From positions 1-64,000 of IMG/VR virus record IMGVR_UViG_3300025087_000053: a DNA stretch of 64,000 nt. The stretch is one strand, 5' to 3'. A program made the position numbers and the translations under genes. Shown here piece after piece: positions 36,280-45,967 of this stretch. How positions within the stretch are numbered: position 1 is the first letter of the stretch; each line of letters starts with the position of its first letter. Under the pieces are notes generated by a model. It was not told the origin of the DNA and did not search any database. It worked only from the letters and a program-made list of their open reading frames with translations. This DNA comes from a virus.

Positions 36280-36552
36280 TCAAAGCTCGATGTAAGCAAC
36301 GACGTTGTGTTCTCGAATAAGAAAGAACTCTCTATCTAGGATCTTTACAGACTGAAGGAGGTTCTCAACCACAAGATAGGTGGCTTTTGGTCCCGTGTCT
36401 GCTCTAACCACAACGAAGTCTTGAGCCTTGTCTTTAGCTTTATCCACAGGCAAGAGAAGATTAATTTCTTTGTCTTTGGACAAACCCTCTGATAGTTCTT
36501 CAAGGTCGACCTTTTCTACGACCATCCACTTATTTGTTGGCTTCAGGTGCAT
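36280..36552 (-). CDS. groES: GroES-like co-chaperonin
   Basis: LKPTNKWMVVE, LLLP and FLIREHNVVAYIE match the Cpn10 pattern. Confidence 0.6.
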   Translation of the reverse strand: MHLKPTNKWMVVEKVDLEELSEGLSKDKEINLLLPVDKAKDKAQDFVVVRADTGPKATYLVVENLLQSVKILDREFFLIREHNVVAYIEL

Positions 36553-36553
36553 C

Positions 36554-36817
36554 TCAGTCTCCCAACATCTTGACAATCTTCTTCTGCATCTCGCTTAGAT
36601 CTTGAAAATTAGTCCCGTTCTTACGGAGACGATAGACAATCATAATGTCTTTAATTTGTTCCTTTGTAAGCCAGTTGTTATCTACGTAGCCTTTCCGAAG
36701 TTCCTTTCGTTGCTCCTTGTACGGCTCAATAGTAGCATCAATCGTAGCAATAGACTTTAGATAATCTGCAATTCTTTCCTCTGTGCTCTTGGGTTTCTCG
36801 TCAACGTTTTCTGTCAT
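36554..36817 (-). CDS. small coiled-coil protein, possible dsDNA-binding (DsbA/GapR-like)
   Basis: 87 aa helical pattern; AAGGAG SD. Confidence 0.45.
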   Translation of the reverse strand: MTENVDEKPKSTEERIADYLKSIATIDATIEPYKEQRKELRKGYVDNNWLTKEQIKDIMIVYRLRKNGTNFQDLSEMQKKIVKMLGD

Positions 36818-36997
36818 TTCTTTCTCCTTAGGTGATATCTTCTATTCTAGATCACCGTTTGTTAAGACAATGCAACTACAACAAAATATCTATTTCCTAG
36901 TCTTTAACCTTCCGGACAATTAAACCTAGGTCTAAAACAACTCCATTTTTAGAAACTATGATATCAAATATCATTTTTCACAGAGTACCACAAAAGT

Positions 36998-37711
36998 TTA
37001 TACTTCATCTTTCTCGTACTTTCTGTCTAACTCTTTTATAAAAGAGCTTAGCCCAGGTATTATTTCTTTTACAAAAGAAACAAATTCTTCTATGCTTAAA
37101 CTTCCTTTTAAAGAATTAATTGCGAAACAACACAAAACAATGTTTTCTTTTGTATATCCTTTTGTTGGGTCTATTCTGTCTATGCTTACACTATCGTGTT
37201 GAAATATACCAGAATTACGACTAATGCTTTTACCTGTGTAAAAGCATTTTCCTTTTTGTTTTAGGAATAAATCGTAAATATCATCTTTTTCTAAAGTACA
37301 AATAATGTTTTTCCTCCTGCACGAGAAAGATATTGAAGATATCCTTTGTCTAAAGTAAGCTTTTAAATCGCTTTTCATCTTAAAAGACTTCTTTTTATAC
37401 CCTGCTTGAACACAACTGTAATTTGCAAAGCACTCTTTACAAACCTTCTGGTACCCTGTTAAGGTATGTCTGTTTTTCGAGAAATCTAATAATGGTAGAA
37501 ATTTCTTACACTTATAACACCATTTTTCCCCATTTTGTATAGAAGGGCAAAGGTGCCTTCTTTGCGAAAATTTATATTCCTTTATCGCTTCAATCCCACA
37601 TCTTCGACACTTTAACCAAACAGGTTTGTGAGAGCCTTTTTTTAAGTCACCAGTAGAATAGCCGAATTCTTCTTTGGTCTTTTCTTCTAAAATTTCATAC
37701 TCTCCATACAT
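36998..37711 (-). CDS. free-standing homing endonuclease-like protein (zinc fingers plus HNH-like domain)
   Basis: WLKCRRCG, WCYKCK, CFYTG, SIDRIDPTKGYTKENIVLCCFAINSLKG. Confidence 0.72.
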   Translation of the reverse strand: MYGEYEILEEKTKEEFGYSTGDLKKGSHKPVWLKCRRCGIEAIKEYKFSQRRHLCPSIQNGEKWCYKCKKFLPLLDFSKNRHTLTGYQKVCKECFANYSCVQAGYKKKSFKMKSDLKAYFRQRISSISFSCRRKNIICTLEKDDIYDLFLKQKGKCFYTGKSISRNSGIFQHDSVSIDRIDPTKGYTKENIVLCCFAINSLKGSLSIEEFVSFVKEIIPGLSSFIKELDRKYEKDEV

Positions 37712-37716
37712 CTTGT

Positions 37717-37741
37717 TTCCCTCCTATATAAATAGGAGGAA
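37717..37741 (-). promoter_or_regulatory. RBS-sequestering hairpin overlapping a late-promoter-like motif
   Basis: TTCCTCCTAT-TTAT-ATAGGAGGGA pairs over the SD; CCTATTTAT motif in the 5' arm and loop. Confidence 0.6.
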
Positions 37742-37754
37742 ATTTTGGTTTTAT

Positions 37755-38198
37755 CTAGTCTGACGACCCGAATCCGCCCGTGCCTCTGCTGGTGTTTGTA
37801 TTAACCTCTCCAACAGTAAGATCACAATATACCACAGAACCAAACACCATTTGCGCAATTCTTGAGTAGGGAAACACAGTGTAAGGCTCTTTACTATAAT
37901 TATAAAGGATTACGGCAATTGGGCCACGGTACTCGTTATCAATACTGCCGGGAGAGTTTGCAACAGTAACTCCATTTTTAAGAGCCAACCCCGACCTTGG
38001 ACGAATTTGCGCATCAACGCCTATAGGCATTTGCATTTTAAATCCACAAGGAACCAACGCCCACTGTCCCGGCTCAAGCACCAAAGGCTCTTTAAGAAAA
38101 GCCTTAAGGTCATAACCCGAATCTGTAGGATTTGCTTTCGTCGGCATACACTCCGGGTCGTCAAGCTGGATAATAAACTTCGAAAAAGTGTGTGTCAT
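37755..38198 (-). CDS. dut: dUTPase (trimeric)
   Basis: SGYDL, IRPRSGLALK, GSIDNEYRG, RIAQMV, RGTGGFGSS. Confidence 0.96.
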   Translation of the reverse strand: MTHTFSKFIIQLDDPECMPTKANPTDSGYDLKAFLKEPLVLEPGQWALVPCGFKMQMPIGVDAQIRPRSGLALKNGVTVANSPGSIDNEYRGPIAVILYNYSKEPYTVFPYSRIAQMVFGSVVYCDLTVGEVNTNTSRGTGGFGSSD

Positions 38199-38222
38199 TT
38201 CTTTTTACCTTTCTGCTTTCTA

Positions 38223-38308
38223 CGGAAGGTAGAGGACTCGAACCTCTGCAACCTTTCGGTTGGCCGCCGCTTTCCAAGCGGGCACGATAGCCGCTCCGTC
38301 AACCTTCC
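38223..38308 (-). tRNA. tRNA-Ser(GGA), CCA not encoded
   Basis: GGAAGGT/ACCTTCC acceptor, CCGC-TTGGAAA-GCGG, long variable arm CAACC-GAAA-GGTTG, AGAGG-TTCGAGT-CCTCT, G discriminator. Confidence 0.9.
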
Positions 38309-38314
38309 ACAAGC

Positions 38315-38656
38315 TTATATTTCTTTTATTCTCTCTGCGGATTTCTTTAGGGCATCAATAAAAGACTCAATATTTTCTTCGTCGAACAAAAAGACTTCGC
38401 TTTTGTCCGTTGTCCTACCCCTAAAAAGAATTGAAAAAGCTTCTTTAATCCTTTCCCAAAAGCTATCAGCAAACATTTGCGTTCTGAGATCAACCCAATT
38501 ATAAATCTCCCCCTCTTCGTCCTTTATTATAGTAAGCTCTATGTCGTGTTCTCTTATACCACACTGACACGGAATTCTCCAATGCACCATCTGCTCGTCT
38601 TCAAAAATCAACATTTGTTTTTTCATTATTTCCCTCTGTTTTCTATAAAACCACAC
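38315..38656 (-). CDS. hypothetical protein
   Basis: CQCG..HDI motif; true start may be MKKQML. Confidence 0.55.
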   Translation of the reverse strand: MWFYRKQREIMKKQMLIFEDEQMVHWRIPCQCGIREHDIELTIIKDEEGEIYNWVDLRTQMFADSFWERIKEAFSILFRGRTTDKSEVFLFDEENIESFIDALKKSAERIKEI

Positions 38657-39198
38657 GACTTAAACTCTGGGCAAAAGCCGTTTCTATAGATGCATTCTCT
38701 AACCATATACTTAGCTAGGTCCGGGTCAACTTTGGCTACATTTTTCTTTATCTCTCGGAACACTCGTTGAGTCACGGCGTGCGACTTCGCACAAAGCCTC
38801 TTCCTCGACATGTTTATTAGCGATTGAGCATTTACCAGCATCGCCATATCAGAGGGAGTCCATCTGTCTTGTTCTCCCTTTTGGCCTCTGTCTTCTCTTC
38901 CTGTTCTCACATAAAAAGAATTGCCAACAGAGTGCCTTGGGAAATGAGTAGAAACAAAATGCGGAATGCCATACATTTCAATCCAAAACATCTGTGTTCT
39001 AATGGGTGAGTGTTCAGATTTATACGCAGCACTTAGAGATATCTTTTTAATTTCCTTATGTGATGTCATTTTAAACGCTTCAATCATTAGGTCGAAATCT
39101 GTTAGTTTTCTCACCAAGACAGAAAAATTAATCTCTATTTCTTTTTCTAATCCATCCGGATTCGTATAGTTGTAGACATATTTAACAGGAGTCGACAT
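38626..39198 (-). CDS. thyX: FAD-dependent thymidylate synthase ThyX-like
   Basis: EHSPIR, VSTHFPRH, REDRG, SRKRLC, CIYRNGFCPE; lies in the nucleotide-metabolism cluster. Confidence 0.75.
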   Translation of the reverse strand: MSTPVKYVYNYTNPDGLEKEIEINFSVLVRKLTDFDLMIEAFKMTSHKEIKKISLSAAYKSEHSPIRTQMFWIEMYGIPHFVSTHFPRHSVGNSFYVRTGREDRGQKGEQDRWTPSDMAMLVNAQSLINMSRKRLCAKSHAVTQRVFREIKKNVAKVDPDLAKYMVRECIYRNGFCPEFKSCGFIENRGK

Positions 39199-39425
39199 TA
39201 CCAATATCTCCTCACGCATGGGCAGTCTTGTTCTACAGGCGCAATTTCTGAACTTCGAATCCCCACCTTCCAATGTTGGACATTATCTTTTGTCCTAGTT
39301 CTATTGCCTCTCCGTATAGTTTTTATAAACAACTTTGCCTTCTCGGGCTCAAGAGCATCAAATGGCTGAACGCTCTTTATCCTCTTACAGCCTATGCAAT
39401 ATGCGATTAGCCATTGTTTTTTCAT
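39198..39425 (-). CDS. small Cys-containing protein
   Basis: 75 aa, coupled to its neighbours. Confidence 0.45.
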   Translation of the reverse strand: MKKQWLIAYCIGCKRIKSVQPFDALEPEKAKLFIKTIRRGNRTRTKDNVQHWKVGIRSSEIAPVEQDCPCVRRYW

Positions 39426-39751
39426 TAATTAATCTCCAGCTTTTTTTCCTCTTTTGCAAGGAATTCTTCAATAGAAGCAACCCGCTGGTCAAGCTGCTTG
39501 ACGCTTTTATTAAGTGTTGAAATAGATTCCGAAAGAAGAATAAAATCTGCTACCAACTGAGAAGCCACAAAGAGAGCATCTTTTACGGCAGATTGCAGTT
39601 CTTTGAATTCTTTTTCTTCTGGTGTAAGTTCTTTTACCTTGGGCACGACGTCCTCTTTATCGGAGAGTATTAAAACACACTCCTTGGCAACAGTCAAGAT
39701 CTTTTTTGCTATCCGCATTTTGAATACCCGCAAGTTTTGCAAACGGCACAA
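39425..39751 (-). CDS. coiled-coil hypothetical protein
   Basis: heptad-rich C-terminus. Confidence 0.5.
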   Translation of the reverse strand: MCRLQNLRVFKMRIAKKILTVAKECVLILSDKEDVVPKVKELTPEEKEFKELQSAVKDALFVASQLVADFILLSESISTLNKSVKQLDQRVASIEEFLAKEEKKLEIN

Positions 39752-42123
39752 CCACCTTCATATACCAGCTTTTGCCCACATTCTTGACAAATACTGTCGC
39801 CTCCACAAACACAAACACCGTCATTTATGTATCTTTTCAAAATTCTTGCAATAACCTTGGCAAAAGAAGAAAAATCTCCATCTTCGCTTCTATTAAGCTG
39901 CTCCACGATAAAAGAAGGAGAACTTCCATGTCTCAAGGATAAAGAAATTAATCTCGTCATAACCCCTTCTGTAGGATTATTAAAGACTTTTGCAATATCT
40001 TTTATCTTTGTTGCGTCTTCTCCGTAAACGAGATCATATCTACTTCTAGATTTAAATTTTGTCTTCTCGATAATTCCTGTTGTATGTTTTGTAGGTATTT
40101 CCACCAAATCCGATAGACCAGCAAAAATCTCATATGGCTTAGAGTCTAACAAACCAACAAAAATAGTCCACTCTTCTCCTTTTATCTTCGCTCTGTGGAT
40201 GTCACATTTTAATGATAGAGGACGCTTGGGAGCCTTTGTAATATTAAAGGGGTTAGATGTCTTCCCGTTCTCTTGCTTTGCTTTTTCCTTAGAGGTAAAC
40301 AAAACAGCATCTCTGGAGCCTTCTCTATAAACAGTTATTCCCTTAAGCCCCTTTTCCCAAGCATAAGTATAAATTTCTTCTACTTGTTCTGCGGTTGTGC
40401 TTTCTGGTAAATTAATCGTAGAAGATATGGAGTGGTCTATATGTTTTTGTATCACACTTTGCATTTCCACTCGGCGCTTCCAATCAATTTCATTCGCCGA
40501 AACAAAGTATTCTGGGATATCTGTAGTGTTGAACTTTTTTTGGTATTCTGTAAGGTTAGAGTGCTTTACTTCATATTCTACCCACTTATCGCCTACAAGG
40601 TCTTCTTTACCAATCGTCTTTTCTTCTGAATTAGTTTTTCTCTTTCTGGTATAAGAGTTCTGGAATACTGGTTCTATCCCGCTGCTGGTTTGTGTTAGAA
40701 GAGAAATAGAACCAGCGGGAGAACAAGTTAAAATAGAAATGTTTCTTCTGCCAAAACTCCTTATTTCCTTTTGCAGCTCTTTCGAAAGAGAAAGAATAAA
40801 CTCGTTATCTTTTTCCAGTTCCCATTTAAAAGCAGGAAAGACACCTCTCTCTTTTGCAAGAGTCACACTGCTTTCATAGGCAGAAGTTTTTATTGTATTA
40901 AAGACCTCATCCGCTACTGCTATAGCTTCAGAAGAATCATAACACAACTTTAATTCCGCAAACATATCTGCAAGGCCAGTAATACTAAGACCTGTTCTTC
41001 TTCCGTCTCTTGCAGATTCAAACATTTCTTGCCAAATTTGTTTTTCATCTTGAGTATCGCAGACTTTAATGATTTTTTCTATTTTCTCCATTTCCAAATC
41101 AACCAAATCGTCCAAAAGTCTTTGCGCAACGTGTGTCATAGAACGCAATTTTTTAAAATTGACTTGTGGAGCCTCAAAGGCGCTGTCAACAAAAGATTTT
41201 AAATTAAGCAGAAGAAGGCGACATCCATCGTTAACACACAAAGGAAGTTCAGAACAAGCATTTGTAGAAACAGCTTTAAACCTTGGATAAGACGAAGCGG
41301 GACAATAAGAGATTATTCTAGACCAAAAAAGAATGCCAGGTTCTGCTGTATCTCTAGCTAACTTAGTGATATGCTTCCAAAGTTCTTTTGCTTTTATTTT
41401 TCTTGTTACTTTTGCCGGTCCCTCTACTGGCCACCGAAGTTCGTATTCTTCATCATTTAAAGCTGCCTTCATAAAATCGTCATAAATCTTTATTGAAACA
41501 TTTGCTCCAACAACCTTTTTAAGGTCTTTCTTCATAGATGCAAACTTCTCTACATCAGGATGTCTACCATCCAAAGAGATTAAAAGAGCCGCCCTTCGAT
41601 TACCTTGTCCTATCATTCTTGCAACATTTGAATAATAATCAGCAAAACTCCAAGCACCCGAAGTGGTTTTAGCACTGTTATTTACTCCAGTACCCTCCGG
41701 GCGTAAAAGAGATAAGTCCGTACCAACTCCGCACCTTCTTTTGGTAAGATTGGCTAAGTCTCTTCCGCTTTCAAAAATAGAAGAAATGTTGTCCTCTGGC
41801 GGTCTTGCTACAACGCAGTTTGCCAAAGAAGATAAACTATAATTGTTTCCTATTCCATAAAGCGGGCTTCCTTGAGGAACGATGTATTTAAACCCGCGTA
41901 AGGCTTCGTATATTTCCTTTTCGCTAAGAGGGTTGGGATATTTTTTTTCTATTCTTGCAAACTCTTTTGTCACCCTCCGGATTGTTTCGTCCGGATAGCT
42001 CTCTAAAAACAAATCTTCCTTATCTCTGAGGGCATACTTCTTCATCCAGACGTCTGTTGCTAGCTCGTCCCCCTCAAAATATTCAAGCGTTGCTTTACGT
42101 ACTTCTTCTTCTGTAAACATCAA
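39709..42123 (-). CDS. nrdJ: adenosylcobalamin-dependent (class II) ribonucleotide reductase
   Basis: SLANC, GVGTDLS, EPGILF, TNACSELPL, SPAGSISL, SSGIEP, KGITVYREGSR, C-terminal zinc ribbon CKTCGYSKCG. Confidence 0.9.
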   Translation of the reverse strand: MMFTEEEVRKATLEYFEGDELATDVWMKKYALRDKEDLFLESYPDETIRRVTKEFARIEKKYPNPLSEKEIYEALRGFKYIVPQGSPLYGIGNNYSLSSLANCVVARPPEDNISSIFESGRDLANLTKRRCGVGTDLSLLRPEGTGVNNSAKTTSGAWSFADYYSNVARMIGQGNRRAALLISLDGRHPDVEKFASMKKDLKKVVGANVSIKIYDDFMKAALNDEEYELRWPVEGPAKVTRKIKAKELWKHITKLARDTAEPGILFWSRIISYCPASSYPRFKAVSTNACSELPLCVNDGCRLLLLNLKSFVDSAFEAPQVNFKKLRSMTHVAQRLLDDLVDLEMEKIEKIIKVCDTQDEKQIWQEMFESARDGRRTGLSITGLADMFAELKLCYDSSEAIAVADEVFNTIKTSAYESSVTLAKERGVFPAFKWELEKDNEFILSLSKELQKEIRSFGRRNISILTCSPAGSISLLTQTSSGIEPVFQNSYTRKRKTNSEEKTIGKEDLVGDKWVEYEVKHSNLTEYQKKFNTTDIPEYFVSANEIDWKRRVEMQSVIQKHIDHSISSTINLPESTTAEQVEEIYTYAWEKGLKGITVYREGSRDAVLFTSKEKAKQENGKTSNPFNITKAPKRPLSLKCDIHRAKIKGEEWTIFVGLLDSKPYEIFAGLSDLVEIPTKHTTGIIEKTKFKSRSRYDLVYGEDATKIKDIAKVFNNPTEGVMTRLISLSLRHGSSPSFIVEQLNRSEDGDFSSFAKVIARILKRYINDGVCVCGGDSICQECGQKLVYEGGCAVCKTCGYSKCG

Positions 42124-43514
42124 TTTATGTCCTTCTTTGTCTTTACCTTATTATATGCTGCCTGCAAGGCACTTGCTTGTAGCTCCGAGGCTTTCTTTGG
42201 CCCTGTCGCTTCTATGGCTTCCTCGGGCGCCGAAACATTAATATCAATTACCCTTGTGTCCATATAGACAGGGCATACCATTTGATCGTCTCCAAATCTG
42301 TTCTTGGAGATAAACATACGTCCAGCTTTATTTTGTCTCTCTTCCGGACTTCTTGACACAACCATAACAAAATCACATGGAAAATTCTTTCCATAACCAC
42401 CAGAACTATGCTCCATCGTTGCAACTTCCGCCTGAGCACCCGTCCTGTTTAGCTGGTCCATTGTCCAAACTGGGAAACCAAAATCTTCTCCCATAGAACG
42501 AAGGTCGTCTGCAATATCTTCCGTTTCCGACCATCCGTCTTTCTTCACAACAACGGGCTTAATTTTGCTAAGGTAATCTATAAGAACCAAGTCAGGTTTA
42601 AAATCTCTTTTTATTGTCTTCTCAACATAGTTTCTAAGTGTTTGTACTGATGCTGCTTTCGCTCTAAATTTCTTTACAACAAGTCTTCCTTTTACCAAAG
42701 ACTGCAAGTCCCCAAACACTGCTTCTTGTGAGCCAAACAAAAGCTCTGGGGGGACCTTGGTTAAACACACATCAAATCTTCTTCCTATTACGCTTTCCGA
42801 AAGCTCTAGCGTGATGTACAATACGTTTTTACCAAGCTTTAGTGCATGCGCTCCTAGATGCACAAGCATCATGGTTTTCCCGCCCCCCGTAGGAGCCATC
42901 CCCAAACCGATTTCCCCTATTCCCAAGCCTCCCTGCATTAAGTTGTCAATGTAGTTCCAACCTGTAGAAATCGGAGTTCTGGTTTCTTGAGTTTTATATC
43001 TCGCATAAAAGTCTCTTACAAGATCGTGTCCAATATCGTTGTCCAACCCAAGTCGAAGAGACTCTACAATTATTTTTTCTATCTCTTCGAAAGAAGAGGA
43101 AGCCATAAGCTTAATCGACTGAAGCATTGCCTTCTTTAGGTTCTGCTTCTTACAAAACTTTATTGAAGAATCTTTGATATATTCTATGTCTACACTAAGG
43201 CCAGGCTCTGTTTTAAATTTCGACAATAGTTCTTTTGCTTGCCCATACGAAGTTTCATCCGTTTCATTTTCAGAAGTTCCCAAGATAGCAGAAATAATAT
43301 TTAGCGAAGGATGAACTTTATATTGTTTCTTATAGGCCAATAGTTTTTGTACATAAAATCTAAGATATTCAAATTCAAAGAATACCGTTTCAAGAACTTC
43401 CGTGATTTGATCGCAATAAAGATGATCAAAAGTCATCGCCTTTACGACTTCTTCTTGAAACGACAGACCAAAAGAAGAAAAGTCTTCTACCTCTCGTACT
43501 TCCTTTTTTGTCAT
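42120..43514 (-). CDS. replicative DnaB-like helicase
   Basis: APTGGGKT Walker A, YITLELSE, LIDY, QLNR, KNRFG. Confidence 0.9.
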   Translation of the reverse strand: MTKKEVREVEDFSSFGLSFQEEVVKAMTFDHLYCDQITEVLETVFFEFEYLRFYVQKLLAYKKQYKVHPSLNIISAILGTSENETDETSYGQAKELLSKFKTEPGLSVDIEYIKDSSIKFCKKQNLKKAMLQSIKLMASSSFEEIEKIIVESLRLGLDNDIGHDLVRDFYARYKTQETRTPISTGWNYIDNLMQGGLGIGEIGLGMAPTGGGKTMMLVHLGAHALKLGKNVLYITLELSESVIGRRFDVCLTKVPPELLFGSQEAVFGDLQSLVKGRLVVKKFRAKAASVQTLRNYVEKTIKRDFKPDLVLIDYLSKIKPVVVKKDGWSETEDIADDLRSMGEDFGFPVWTMDQLNRTGAQAEVATMEHSSGGYGKNFPCDFVMVVSRSPEERQNKAGRMFISKNRFGDDQMVCPVYMDTRVIDINVSAPEEAIEATGPKKASELQASALQAAYNKVKTKKDIN

Positions 43515-43517
43515 AGA

Positions 43518-44477
43518 TTATTTTATCTCCGACATAACTCGATTGCTCCACTGGAAAAGTGGAGTCCAATTCAATTCAGCAAACCCATCTTTAATTGCAG
43601 ATTGTGTAAACATTGACTTACGAAAAACTAAATCCCTCTTCTCTATTTCTTCTCGAATTTCTCCCTGAGCCTGAAGAGAAATGAGAGGGCTATCTAACTG
43701 TATCATTCGCATATTCTGTATTACTTGATCTCGGCCAGAAAGAATGTTTTTATGTATAACTAGTGGTTTCTCGACGTTTTGACAGAACTTTACAACGTCG
43801 TCTATACTATATTCTTTTTCTTCCTTAAGAAAATCAAATCTTTTTGCAACAGACTTCAACTTAACTCCGCCAACTCCTTGAACATTATCACTCTTGTCGT
43901 CTCCTGATATTGCACGGGCTAAAGCAAAGTTTCTCGGATGAATCCCATACTTTTCAAGGATCTTTTTTATCGACAACACCTCGTCCTGAATCGGTCTGTA
44001 TACTATCGTATTTTTGTCGATCAGTTGAAAGAAATCCTTGTCAGAAGACACAATAATTTTCTGTGCTTCTTTATATTTCTCGCGATGAACTAGAAACGCA
44101 ATAACATCATCAGCCTCTACCGATTCATAAATCAATTGCTTTACCGGCAAAAAAGAAAGATATTCGATAAGCTTGGCGTGCTGCCAAAACTTATTTCTTT
44201 CTTCGTCTTGCGGATCTATTTGCAAAGAACGATTGAGATTAATTGGCTTTCTTCCAGCCTTATAGTTTTTATCAATTGCTCGACGACGCCTTGAGCCTCC
44301 TAGACCATCCCAGACGACAACCACCTCGTCGGGCTTTATATAATTTATCATTGACTGTAGAGACTTAAGTCCTCCAACAACCCCTCCAATCGGAGCGCCG
44401 TTTAAAGAAAGAGTTGGGTTTACAACATAATTCCGGATAAATAAAGAATTTAAACTGTCAATAAATACTACTCTCAT
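43518..44477 (-). CDS. 5'-3' exonuclease / flap endonuclease (RNase H-like)
   Basis: FIDSLN, VVWDG, YKAGR, VEADDVIA, SSDKDFFQL, GDDKSDNVQGVGGV. Confidence 0.9.
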   Translation of the reverse strand: MRVVFIDSLNSLFIRNYVVNPTLSLNGAPIGGVVGGLKSLQSMINYIKPDEVVVVWDGLGGSRRRRAIDKNYKAGRKPINLNRSLQIDPQDEERNKFWQHAKLIEYLSFLPVKQLIYESVEADDVIAFLVHREKYKEAQKIIVSSDKDFFQLIDKNTIVYRPIQDEVLSIKKILEKYGIHPRNFALARAISGDDKSDNVQGVGGVKLKSVAKRFDFLKEEKEYSIDDVVKFCQNVEKPLVIHKNILSGRDQVIQNMRMIQLDSPLISLQAQGEIREEIEKRDLVFRKSMFTQSAIKDGFAELNWTPLFQWSNRVMSEIK

Positions 44478-44483
44478 TTTTGT

Positions 44484-44918
44484 TTATGCCCTGATCATAG
44501 ACAAGCTGCCGTCATCATTAGAATAATAAATCTTCTTGATGCCGCAGAAGTCCATCACTGCTTGACACATCTCGCAAGGGCGAGAATTTCGAAGCTCTCC
44601 GTTCTTGCCAATACGAACCACAACAATGGTTCCACCAACAGTAAGAGCTGCTGGAATATTCAGACAGGCCCGGCTTTCAGCATGACGAGATGCCTTAAGA
44701 TTTCCGTTAGTTACACGAAAGTCGAACCTGTTACAGAAAGAAGAATAATTCCTCTTGTTCGAGGCCGCGTTGATATAAGCCCCACCGTTATTGATCAGTA
44801 CAGCTCCATGACGAAACCCGCAAGCAGAAGCATCTGCGACTTTACGAGCCAGTTCCACAGCCTTCGCAATACGATTCGTAATGTCGATGTTGTGGATTTC
44901 TCGCATGATTTTCCTCAT
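44484..44918 (-). CDS. zinc-dependent cytidine/dCMP deaminase-fold protein
   Basis: HGAVL, HAE, SRPCEMC, GIKKIYYS. Confidence 0.8.
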   Translation of the reverse strand: MRKIMREIHNIDITNRIAKAVELARKVADASACGFRHGAVLINNGGAYINAASNKRNYSSFCNRFDFRVTNGNLKASRHAESRACLNIPAALTVGGTIVVVRIGKNGELRNSRPCEMCQAVMDFCGIKKIYYSNDDGSLSMIRA

Positions 44919-45910
44919 GGAACATAAGAATAATAATAAGGTGCCTTAAAAACTCCGTCGACTTTCTCTCTTAATTTAAACAATTGTGTACACGATAATA
45001 TGCTCGCCAACATAGATACTGTATCATTATTTAGCAAAGAAAGCAATATGCTTTCTGTCGTCAAAAGCGTAGTAAGTCTTTCTCGAACAGTGCTCTTATC
45101 CTCTTCGGCGTGTAGATTATTGTATATTGATTCAACAAGATTTTCTTGATTTTCTATACTCCGAATATCATATTTGGCAATATACTTTGTAAGTCGATAA
45201 AGATTCAAATGCTGCATCTTGTTAATTTTTAAAACCTTATTTGATACACAAGAAGAAAAGTCTTCATGATAAAATACCCGCTTATCATTAAATCCTACCA
45301 TGGAATTAAAGAAATCAAAATTAGAAACAATATTTTCTGGGGTGTCCATAAAGCTAGAAACAAGCTGCACCGTGTGGGGTTTGGGAGAAGGCTTTATGAA
45401 ACTCTTTACAAGTTTCCTTATCAAAGGAGTTTTTTCTAGCTTTCTAGTAAGATAACTTCTTGTATCAACCATTTTATATGTTTCTGCAAATGTCTTTTTT
45501 CCATAGTTTGTGTTTGGTACATTTTTCCAATATTCAACTGTAAGATTATCTGAAAAAGCGATTAGGTGTTTGTTGTATTTGCCTTGCTTTATAAACTTTT
45601 TATGAAACAAATCACTTTCTTCTTTTGAAGAAAACCAAACGTCCAAATCCCCTGCAAGACCAATAAGACTTGAGTATAACCCACGATGTTCCTCAAAAAC
45701 TTTATTATTCTCTGGGGTAATTTCTATCCTCCTATTTGTTGTTAAAATCTCCCACAAGTCCATATTTGAATAATAATACATCAGAGGAAGGCCGCCAGCG
45801 ACAAACCCTCCGCAGTCAAAAACATTTTTGAACTGTTCCAAGAAATTAGGAAGGTCTGGCTTGTCAGAGAAAAAAGATTGTTGAATTGGTACGGAATGTA
45901 TTACTGACAT
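44915..45910 (-). CDS. putative Pol-beta-superfamily nucleotidyltransferase
   Basis: FVAGG...GDLDVWF...NFDF; own promoter TTGACT-17-TAATCT (45938-45966). Confidence 0.55.
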   Translation of the reverse strand: MSVIHSVPIQQSFFSDKPDLPNFLEQFKNVFDCGGFVAGGLPLMYYYSNMDLWEILTTNRRIEITPENNKVFEEHRGLYSSLIGLAGDLDVWFSSKEESDLFHKKFIKQGKYNKHLIAFSDNLTVEYWKNVPNTNYGKKTFAETYKMVDTRSYLTRKLEKTPLIRKLVKSFIKPSPKPHTVQLVSSFMDTPENIVSNFDFFNSMVGFNDKRVFYHEDFSSCVSNKVLKINKMQHLNLYRLTKYIAKYDIRSIENQENLVESIYNNLHAEEDKSTVRERLTTLLTTESILLSLLNNDTVSMLASILSCTQLFKLREKVDGVFKAPYYYSYVP

Positions 45911-45967
45911 TTCTCCCTCTCCGTTTGCAAGAGCGACAGATTAGCACAGCGAGAGGGAAAAGTCAAA

